Assembly: GCA_004764695.1 (NCBI GenBank)
Contig: SMSO01000006.1
Coordinates: 945,859-1,009,858, forward strand
Source of the DNA: Schizochytrium sp. TIO01
Lineage: Eukaryota; Protista; Bigyra: Labyrinthulomycetes
Direction: 5' to 3'
Length of the DNA stretch: 64,000 nucleotides
Below are positions 11,190 to 21,389 of this stretch, one piece after another. The translations under genes and the position numbers were made by a program. Numbering within the stretch: the stretch's first letter is position 1; every line of letters begins with the position of its first letter. The notes under the pieces were generated by a model, which saw only the letters and a program-made list of their open reading frames with translations, was not told the DNA's origin and did not search any database.

Positions 11190-12514
11190 TTAGGCCTCCT
11201 TCTTCTCTGGGGCTTCTGGTGCCGGGGCAGCCTGGATCCACTTGGAAAGGCAGCCAGCAAGGCCACCCCAAATGCCGATAATGGTGATGATACGCTCATC
11301 AACAATCGGGGTAGCAAAAGAGTACTGAAGGCCGAGGAGGATATCACCAGCGGCGGAGGAGGCAGAGAGGTTGGTGAGGAAGCGCTGCTTCTTGAGGGCA
11401 GCGATTTTACTCTCCTGCTCAGAGCTCTCCATTTTGGCATTCTTAGTGTCCTCAATTTCCTGAGTGAGCTTGACACTAGCCTTCATGCAGCGGTATACAG
11501 CAGCGATGCAGTAAACCACGAAGGCACGAAGAGACCACTGGCTCCACTTAGGGGAGTCAATGTTGATCATCTTGGGCTCGATGATGCTCATGAACCAGCC
11601 AAGCTCGAGAGGGAAGTAAGCGAGCATGGAGTAATCCATGATTTTTGAGGGAAGATCGCCGCCCTTGTTAGTGAGCATGCTGTGGATCTGGATCGGCAAA
11701 CTAAAGGTGCGGTTGATGAAACGTGCAACTGAGACCTTCATGTAGTAGTCGGCCAAATACTGGCCGAGAGGGGTAGGTTTTCCATCATTAAGGATCTGGA
11801 GCACATGCGACACACCGAGGCCAGTATAGCTGATAAGCCGCAGGATCGTGTCAAGAGAAAACCTGTTTACAAAAATCAAAATTAAAAAGAGGATACATAT
11901 AATACCAGCACAAAAACGTATATTTCAACATATCAATAAACAGGCAGTACATATCCCAGCAAAGAGTTGGTTGTATTGGTCAGTCATTTTCTCATGCTAC
12001 ATATTCACACTCTTGCCATCGTGCGCATTCTATCAGTATTTTTTTTTTTTTTTGCACAGCAGCTATATTGAGCATACATGAAATCATACACAGCAAGCTT
12101 GCGCCGCCTACCTTGCCCTGGCCAAAGCAGGGGCACAAGCTTGTGTTTTGTTTTTTAACCATAGATCATATGTATGCACATCTCATTGTTGCAAGACTCT
12201 CTTCTGGGAATTTCAAGCTAACAACTGGGCTTTCTAAGCTGGAGTCACATAAATCACCCTACTCCGCTCCCTTTTCCAATCTCTCGTTGCATGTGCTCGG
12301 CCTCGAGCAGAAACTCTTCACGTTTCGCCTTTCCCGCCTAAAGCCATTGTGCCGGAGGTGGTGGTGCTCTTGGTTGATAGATAGCGCGCCTGAATATTTC
12401 TCAGGTTATTTTTGCATTCAAGGCCGGGGAGCCAGAAACTTACACGTTCATTGTAAGCTTGTTGAAGCGGCCAAGCTTCTCAAGGGTTTCGGGGGAAAGC
12501 TGAATGTTCTCCAT
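11190..12514 (-). CDS. PEX11: Peroxisomal membrane protein PEX11 family, two exons (12514-12444, 11862-11190)
   Basis: Exon 1 encodes MENIQLSPETLEKLGRFNKLTMN+GT before a GTAAGT donor. The acceptor ...GTAAACAG|G restores the frame (N-V-FSLDTILRLISY). Pex11 features: D.ILR.I.Y, amphipathic VSVARFINR, and C-terminal GD.LL / IGIWGGLAG. Confidence 0.8.
11863..12443 (-). other. Spliceosomal GT-AG intron (581 nt) of PEX11
   Basis: GTAAGT donor at 12443, T-rich tract and CAG acceptor ending at 11863. Splicing gives an in-frame join. Confidence 0.8.
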
Positions 12515-13653
12515 CTTGTCTTAATCCACCGCTCTCCAGAGTGCAAACTGTCCTTGCGAGCTGCTTCTGTGCGTGCGTCCAAGGAAGGGTCTCAGGTCTT
12601 GCGTTTGCGAATTGCTGCTGCGTGCAGAGCCTCCCCTTGCCTGACAATATCCTTATGCCTGTATTAGACGCACTTCATCAATCCTGAAAGAAATTAAAAG
12701 CGCTCAAAATTACCTTCTACAACGAAAGAAGCAAAGCCATCAAACGAAAGACTCGCGCCTCCCTTAATTCATAAACCACCCAACACATCTAAACGTGGCT
12801 TATGCACCTGTCAGCCGACCAATATGTGTTTCAAGGGATACTCATCAACTTATTTCGATCAACCTTCTTCTTCACCTCCACTGCACTCCATTACCAGCTT
12901 ACAACATTGCATTTCTTTCTACCTACTGGTAGGTACTACTCAGCACATACTACTTCTACCTTCTTCATTTGGCCATGCTAGCGCCCCCTAAGTGCCTCCT
13001 ACTGGAACCAGTGTTTTATAATTCTTATCGATCAGCGCAGCTCCAAAACCAGCAGGCACCTCTGTTCAGATTCTGCCAAAGAAGGTCATACAATTCTTCC
13101 CGATAACCCACTGCTGGTGCTTAAGCCGTTGGGAGATCCGTGGCAGAGCTCTCGTTTCTTGTTCCGGTTGTGGTCGCATCAGTTCAAGATCACCACAACA
13201 AAGTTATCTACACAGAAACTCATTTTCGCCTCACAGGGTGGGCACCTTGAAACCGGACCCGGTGCACGATCGACCTTGGTCACACTATCATCATCATCTT
13301 CAATCTTCCGCCGTCTCGTGGACCGGTAATTCTCCTGCGACATTCTCAAGTTCATTCCCTTCCACGGCTCTTCCCACGCCACTTATTTACACGCACATGA
13401 ATCTCTGCGGCTATCCCTCGCACCAGCTTCTCAAGATCTTACCAACCTTGAACCTCAATCGTCTTCTGTCAATCTTCATCATCAATTCCTCTCCATCACA
13501 TTACATTCTTCTGCTCCTTGGTGCGTATTTTATTTCTTGCTCCTACCCACCCCTCATACGCTTTACCATGGCCTTGCCCTTTTAAGACGTCTCCAGTTGT
13601 CCTAAACTCCATATAAACCCCCATCAATTGGCCATTAAGGACGAAAAAGGGAT

Positions 13654-15000
13654 TCAAATCCGATCTCGCGGGTCGGACTCACGGCAAGATAGGGCTGAGA
13701 AGCGGCGAGCGCGCTTTTGGATTTTAGGACGGTCTGAAAAAGGGGGCAGAGGCGTCCTAAATTCTGCGAAGGCGATTGCACGTGAAAATGCGCTTTGTTG
13801 ATTTAGATCTTCTTGGACGGGTTCGGGTTTGTGGAAAGCTGCGGCGAGCGTGAGGAAAGCCCTTCTTGAAGGCGTGGTGGACGATAGAAGGCCGGATGAT
13901 GGGGCCACGCTGGTATGTTTTGGTGGGTACTAGCTATGCGCAGGAATATGGATGATATGATGGTCTATCAAAGGTGCGAAGGCAGCAGCTTGAAATTTGG
14001 CCTGTCTGGGAAATGACAAATGCCTCGGCGGAGCTGGCGTCGACGATGTCAAGCTGTACAAGGTCGGGGTGCTCCTCATGCCAGTCCGATTCGTGCAGGT
14101 GCTTTCCGAAGTATGGCACTGCCCCATCAACAGCCCTCGAGTTAAACTGTCGTGAAGAACGAGGGTCATACAACACATTCTGAACTGATGCCGATTGATT
14201 GAGCAAGCTTAAGACAAGAATCACCTCCAAGTTTTTCATTGCCGTCTTGATGCCGACGATGCGATCTCATTGGATACGAGAGGCCTTGGCAACATAAGAG
14301 GCTGGCTCAGACATTCATCTTTTAGTTTGTCTTTGATTTAGTACATAGAGACTTCTTTAGAGGCTCTCTCACAAAGAAAGGTAGTAGTCTTCAGAGTCCA
14401 TATCTGAGAACTGGTGAAAGCAAGCTTGCAGACGGCAGTTCTGAATGGAGTGAGCAGCATATACACGGGTTGACAGATACGAGTGACTTACCTAGCAGCT
14501 TGGATGGGGCCCAACGTAGATCTCTGAGCGACTACATAAACTGGTGTATGGGTGAAGCATTGCAGTGCTCCACAGACTTTGCGCCTAAGGAATCATTGAA
14601 GAAGACCTTGGTCTCGACGCCGCGCTGAAATAGGCTAGGCATGAGTTGATAGCGTTATTTGTGACCATAGCTACCTCTTTTGAGACAATGTGCTTGCGAT
14701 AGGTGGACAAAACCTGCTTTGTAGGAAAACCTAGCTAGCAAGGATTCAGCACGGTTGAATCTAATTTGGTTATTGTATGTGGCACAGCAGAATGCAGAGT
14801 AGGCCTGTCTTGACAAGCTCTAGAGATTGCCAACGTGTTTCCAAGAGAATGGCATGTGGTCTTTGACGACAAGCTGGTTTTCTAAACTTTGAGTTGCATA
14901 GAACTTGGGCTGTTTCGACGCTGTAGATACGTTATCAAGCGCCCGGTGCTTGAGAGAAATATATTCCGGCCGAAGCAAGGCAATCATATGCGTTTTGGAG
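13654..15000 (-). pseudogene. Decayed reading frame, possibly a Ty1/copia-type gag relic
   Basis: Long near-open stretches broken by stops and frameshifts: TSSQIWTLKTTTF..SKEVSMY*IKDKLK / MSEPASYVAKASRIQ*DRIVG..LEVILVLSLL, then a basic stretch and an eroded knuckle-like TCNRLRRI*DASAPF. No LTRs or pol seen. Confidence 0.3.
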
Positions 15001-18000
15001 TTGAACTTGTGCAGATCCAGCGAGTCGTTATGGCAAGGGGCGTTACAGATTGGAGAAAAATAGCCTCTCAGACTCTGGCGAGAGAATGTGCAACTGTTAT
15101 GGAATGGGTTTTTGTTTCTTGGAATGTTAGTTTGTGAAAACTTCTGCTCTATCTAATATAAATGATCAACATTCAATAATAGTGCAATACGAATTGTGGT
15201 TTACAGTTGACTTAAATGGAGATTGGTTTGTACGATATTATCGTTTTGTTGATGTTGGTGTGTATCGGGATTTTCATTCACAGGATCATGGTGTTACCAA
15301 GACTATCATAGATGTCAAAAACCAGGTGAATATGTTTAAGGGTAGGACTGCACAACCAGATAGCGTTTAAGAACACTACTATGGCCACTCACGTTGTTCA
15401 TCAGATTGTCTGTAGTAATCTAACACATGGGTGGATGGGTGGTGGCCGATTCTACCTCGATAGTATAGATAATGTATTTAAGATGATCTAGTCCAGTCCA
15501 CCTTAGTATGCTTCTTCAAGGTAAGCATCATGCTCTCCGTAGAAACCTAAGGCAAATTATCTTTGTTCACAGAACGTGCAGGGGTATTCTTACCAGAAAG
15601 TGAGCCCTGGCAAGTAGTTGGGCGAAGGCTGTCGAAGAAACTGAAAAAGCAAAAGATGGTATTTAGGTATGAATACAGGCTGAGACTTTCCGATACGAAA
15701 GGTGAAGCAGATAGAAATGGACCGAAGAGTAGTTTAGATTAGTCAGCCGGCTAGCTAGATATCACTTCAAAAGTCTACAATGGCCTTTAAAGCATTCTTT
15801 AATCTTTTTGGAATCTTGCTTGAAATCTTGTCAGTGAATCTCTCATTAACTAACAATCTTGTTGTATCCTATACGCAGTGTACTTGATTGAAACAAGATT
15901 TACTTGACCAAGCATTCACGGGGATCTGTAATGCGCTCTACTGAAAGATGAATTCTAAACATGCAATATCCCTAGTAACGAAGGTCAATACTGCTATTTT
16001 ATCATATCATGTTAGACACTTTGAATATTTTGTATAATGTTAAACAAAGAAAAGAGAGAATCTACTGTACGAATCCGGTCATCGTTTGTAAATCATTGTT
16101 TCACTTCAATTTTTTATAGTTCTGAGGTTATATCATATCATAGGACGAATGCAAATCTTCAAGTAGACCCTTTGTCAGTTTCTATCTATGATTTGCCTGA
16201 ATGTTTAATGCGTTAGTATCCTTAGAGGGGGCTACATTGTTTCTCACGCAAAGGGACGCGCTGTGTTCTTGGTTAATAGCTATGTAGCGATGAGATTTGT
16301 TTTGGGAATAAGTAGTGTTCTACTTTAGAAGCTGGCTTTAGATTGTCGCCCTAACCTTCTCTGGAATACAACTTTTGGGACCAAGGTCAGCAAAGGTTAA
16401 AGGAGCACTAGGACTCGGGGCTCAAAAGAATTGACAAAGTTTGTCTATTTACGGTTTTATTTATTTATTACAAATCTTGCTGAAAACCTAGTTTCAACAA
16501 CTAACCAAGAACACCCAAGGAGATTCGAAGGGGCCTCTTCTTGCCATCGTCCATCGCAGATAAGAAGTCAACTATGCGAGGTAAGACACGTCTGTTTTAA
16601 TTCAATAATAACGAGTTCTCTAGTCCTCCATCAGCCATTCGCTAAGAGTTCTAACGGCACCGAAGGTAGCAATTCATATTCTTCTTCTCGCCGAGTCATT
16701 GAATGCACTCTCCATCAAAGGAGGCCTAAGAAACAGCACTCGAGGATTTGTATGCGAAGGAAGTCTCCCTTCAAGTTGGAGGAATATGACTTCTTTTAAG
16801 TTTGGCAAGTAAGTCCTGGTTTCCGCAAAATCGGAAGCAGGTTGACCACGAGCGGCTCTATGCTTTGTCATGAGTAGAGTCTCGAGTCTGTGAACCTGGT
16901 CCCGCGCAATTCATGGAGACAAGGCGAGAGGCACGAGGGCACAGGTTCGTCATCAAACACTGCAAGGGACATTGCTATGAAACCTGAGAAGAGCTTTCGT
17001 TGAGACATTTGTTTATCGCGGGGAGTTTAGCGAACTCTAGCAGCAGTTGTGCTTTCGAGAGTGTGTGACGGAGGACCTATTCTTGGCTATTCTATTCCTT
17101 AGGATATCCTAATGTTCTCTTACGTTGGATGCTCGTAGTAGTCGTTATTGAGTTGCATTGGCAGAATAGCGACATCCTCGCACATGTCCCGAGCCAATTT
17201 CACCACGCTGAGTCGGTCAGCTGCCGCAGAATCTGGTGCTCTGCGCGTGAATGCCATCACAAATGCAGGGAGGTGCTGCTTGAACTTTCTTCAGTGACGT
17301 GGTAGCTTTTAACGAGGTTGCCAATGCTCCAAAAAAGTTAACAAGCACAAAAAAAAAAGAAAGAAAAAAGAAAAGAAAAAAGAAGCAAGCGAGGCGGTAG
17401 AAAATCGCCTTCGATCATTAGTAGTGATAAGTAGAGAGGAAGTCGCAAAAGGGAGAAGAAAGTACTTGTTCAACTTGTCGCAGAGAATCAGCAAGAGAAT
17501 GTTGTTTCGCCTCTGTGTATGCCCAACCCGACTATGCACCACAAGAACAAGCTGGAGACATGCTCGAAAGGGCAAGTGAGATTCATTCAGGCTAAACAAC
17601 TACCCATTCGTACAGGGATTTATTTGACTTCTGACGTCTAGAAGAAAAGAAAAGAACACTAGGTTTGTGTATATGTAAAAAATGCTGCATGTATTGTTAC
17701 GAAAGAAAGATGAGATAGAGAGAAGGTATGAAGACCAACGCGATGATTTAACCGGCTAAGAAACGAAAAGCGGAAAGCGTATGATTAACTAGATCGTATT
17801 ACTCAGGTGATGCACTTGTAACTGCCATGCTATCATTGAGAGGTTTCGTCTACTTTTTTTCCTCCTACCAGTTGTCAAGGCTCAAAGGGAGAAAAGACGG
17901 CGATCAGATGATGCACACAAGATAGAAAGGTTGTGGTAGGATCATCAAATAGACGAGTGAAAAGATCTAGAGAAGATAACGAGTGAGGTTTCTGCGCTTG

Positions 18001-18786
18001 GTGGATGTTTTTTATAACCTGAGAAAATAGACTCCAGCTAACTGGTTCCCCAGTAGTCTAATGGCACTAAAAAAAAAGAGCTCATACATTTTTCACCGAA
18101 TGCATCGCTACAAGCGAATGCACCAGTTAAGGTCGGCCCCATCTTGTCCAGGTTAGAAAAGGAGAAAAAGGGCGGAAAACAGGCATTCTCTTGAGCACAT
18201 CCACAGGCTCAAGTGGTGAGTACTGCCTAATATGATTTTTTTTTTGGGTGTGAAGGAACACGCGACTTGGGATAGAGTAGGCCGGCCAGCAGGCCGTTTT
18301 TGAATAGGACACTGCATGTAGAAAGAAAAGAAAGAGGGACAGGGAAGGGTAAGCTTGGCTTGCCTTCTTCTTTTCTTCAAAAGATCTTGTGTGTGTGCAA
18401 ATTATACCTACTTCATAATACTGTAGCGGTCGATGGCTTGCGGGTATTCACGAATTCCTTTCTCGAGGTAGTTGAGAATAGTATTGTGCAGAGTGCATTT
18501 TCTCTCAATTATTCAAAGCTTGGTCGTTCTTTGATTCTCTAGCAGTAAGTGCTGGATGAGGAGAAGAAAAAAAGGATAGAGAGACAATGATCCTCCTCAT
18601 GGACGTTGTTGATATTGCGTCGATGACGGTTTATAGTATATGTGTTTGCGTAAAACGGAGTTTGTTTGTTTGTTTGATTGATTTTGAGTGGCGGCACCTT
18701 GGCTCTGGTGGGCAAGTGAGGTCAATTTGTCAGGCGGCCCCAACCAAGAAATAGAGTAGGTGGATGAATTAAGAACAGAACCATCC

Positions 18787-19239
18787 TTACCACTGAGGGC
18801 AAGGCCTGTCTTTGCCATGCGGGGTGAGATACCTAAACTTAATGTAGGCACTCGTGCTCCAGATGCCAACAACAAACAAAACACAAACTCCGAGAAGACA
18901 CCTGGCAAAGAAAGCAAGGTGTGCTGAGTTTCCGCGTGCGAAGAGAATACTACCGATGATCGTGTCAGATGCGTCCTGAGCGTGGAAGGCGTCCCAGAGC
19001 TCGTCGAGCGCCCAGCTCAACGTGACCAGGAGACATGCAAAGAAGACGAGCCCGTTAAGGTTAACGCTGCGGACTGAGCAGTCTCCATTCTGCACAATCA
19101 CGTCATCGTATGGGGTGCGCCATGGCTTGCGGGCCATCTCGCCGTCGTCGTTGCGGCTGATCTCCTCTATCCTAACGTTGACTACCACTTGCTGCTGGTG
19201 CTGCTCTTGCTGCTGCTCGCAGTCCGCAGGTGAAGACAT
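18787..19239 (-). CDS. Small hypothetical membrane protein (150 aa, two predicted TM helices); possible spliced alternative C-terminus
   Basis: ATG at 19239 with coding-like GC composition, a Q-rich N-terminus, and hydrophobic segments LVFFACLLVTLSWAL and LAFFARCLLGVCVLFVVGIW. The stop codon overlaps a GTAAGG donor-like site. Confidence 0.55.
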   Translation of the reverse strand: MSSPADCEQQQEQHQQQVVVNVRIEEISRNDDGEMARKPWRTPYDDVIVQNGDCSVRSVNLNGLVFFACLLVTLSWALDELWDAFHAQDASDTIIGSILFARGNSAHLAFFARCLLGVCVLFVVGIWSTSAYIKFRYLTPHGKDRPCPQW

Positions 19240-19539
19240 GTGATGAACAAATACGCCTGCGACGGCGCCTGTGTGTGTGAGTTGAGAGAGAGGTTGGTTT
19301 CCAACCGATTGATCGACCACTAGATCAAATTGCGAAAACCTATTCCAGATTTGTTCTCTCGCTGGCTTCAGGTCAACTTCTTACTCTCGCACACCCAATC
19401 AGTCGATAGCTCGCTCGCTTGCTTATGTGTTTGTTTGTATTGTAGTTGACTTCGCACGCCGAATTGGACTCGACCTGTTAAGTTCCCTTTCCTAGCACCT
19501 CGCTAGTACCAGCTACGACTCCTCTTCTTCCTTTTCCTC

Positions 19540-20750
19540 AGTACAGTCCGTGCACCGCGGCCCTGCTTCTTGCGGGAGCGAGGTCGGCGTGGAAATCAGA
19601 AGCGAGCGTCTGCCTCTTTTTCCAGGCACGCACGAGGCCCAGAGCACCTGTACCGAAGTTTGTTTTTCTTCCGCCGGAGCTCTCGCGTGGTACCTCGCGA
19701 AGAAGGAGAGAAAAGGGAATACGAGCGATCAGTCGATTGAGGATCCACCGCGATCCCGATTGGCACGGTCCACTCAACTAAGTGGTCGTCGCTCCGTCAG
19801 CGCCTGGCTGCCGGTTTGCGTCCGAGCACGTCGCTCAGTAGCTACCTAGCTCGCAGGCAGGAGCTGCTGTTCGCGCTGCGCTGCGCTACTACGACGCTGC
19901 TGGCTGGCTGCCGCGGAACAGGCGGCGGGCACTCTGCCGGCCTCAATAGGGGTTTGCTGCTTTGGGGTTTTGGGCGAGACGCTCTTTTTTAATGAATTAT
20001 TTACTCTCTTTTGTTTCTTTCTTTCTTTGTTACTTTGTTTCTTTTCTTCTTTCTCTCTCCTTCCTTCCTCTTTTGTTTTTTGTTTTGTTTTCTCTTTCTT
20101 CGGTTTAGAAAGAAAAAGAAGAAGAAAAGAAAAAGTGAAAAGAAAAACACTCAAAAAGTTCTTCCGTCGATTTCTTTCTTTCTTTTCTTTCTTTTCTTTT
20201 CTGTTCGAACGAACGAATGATTTTTTGAATTTGAAAAAAATAAATGCGAAAGAGAAGTGGCGAGAAAGCCGTAAGAGTGTCTTAGCCGCACCTAGGATAA
20301 ACCAGCACCGGCACGAGCCACACGCTCACGAGGCGCAGCGCTCTCGCTGCGTCTGGCGCGCCTTCGCGCTGCGTCCGGTGCTGCTGCAGCCGCCTCTGCT
20401 CGCTCCCCCCGGGCTTCCTTCCTCGCGGTCCTTCCTCGCGGCTGCCGCTTCCTTTCCCTGGCGTCCTGGCGCCGCAGAGGATCGATCCGCAGCGTGGCCA
20501 AGCAAGGGATCCGGGCGAGGCGAGGAGGCTCTCGACCGCTCTGCGCCTCTTTCCTTCTTCCTGCCTTCCCCTGCTTGCCTGTCTGCTTGCCTGCTCCTGC
20601 TGCCGCTCTGCTGCGAGGCGGGCCTCCCTCTGTGCGTCTGCGTGTCTGCTGTCTCGCGGGGCTGCGCTGCGGTCGTGGCTGCGAGCGCGCGGCGGCTCGA
20701 GACTCTGCTTGCTCAGTCTCAGGTCCCGTGATGCTGCTTTGCTGATTTCC
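19540..20750. promoter_or_regulatory. GC/CpG-rich promoter-like island interrupted by pyrimidine and purine tracts
   Basis: Very GC-rich blocks at ~19540-19980 and ~20280-20750 lie upstream of the 19239 gene. Similar GC patches precede the GT54 gene (~45220-45370) and the kinase gene (~51160-51260). Confidence 0.4.
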
Positions 20751-20760
20751 AATTCTTCTG

Positions 20761-20860
20761 CATATCTATAATATATTCATATATATATGTATTTACTCAT
20801 ATATATATATATTCATATATATGTATATATGTATGTGTATATTCATAAATATATATTCAT
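20761..20860. repeat. Imperfect (TA)n low-complexity tract
   Basis: atatatatgt...atatatatat runs directly abut the GC island. Confidence 0.85.
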
Positions 20861-21297
20861 TCCTATTGAAGTAAGGAACGAAGCGCCGCTTTAGTTCTTC
20901 TCTTCTTCTTCTTCTTCTTTTTATTGAAGGTTCAATCAAACAGATCGAAGAACTTCAATGAGACAGAGTTTGTTTATCTATTTTCCGTGTCTTCATTTCA
21001 TGGTTTTCATGTTATTGAAAAAAGGGAAAGAAGAAGAAGAAGAAGAAAAATAAACGAGATAACAGTATTTATTATTAAGTGATCGTCGTTATTGCGTGTT
21101 CTGCAGTAGTTAGGAATTCGTTCATTCTTATTGCTTTTCCTTTCCAACTTTCCATTCATTTATTTATTTATTTATTCTATTTTTTATTTTTTCAATTGCT
21201 GTTGGCTGTGTATGGATATGTTGTGGAGGTCGTCGCTGCAGATGAACTGAGCACGGCAATTCGTGAGATGCAACTTGGTTTCTTCAGGACGCAGCTC

Positions 21298-21342
<45 letters not shown>

Positions 21343-21389
21343 AATTGATTGATTGATTGATTGATTAATTGATTGATTGATTGATTGAT
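21298..21389. repeat. (TGAT)n microsatellite, ~23 units
   Basis: Read directly; contains two TAAT variant units. Confidence 0.95.
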
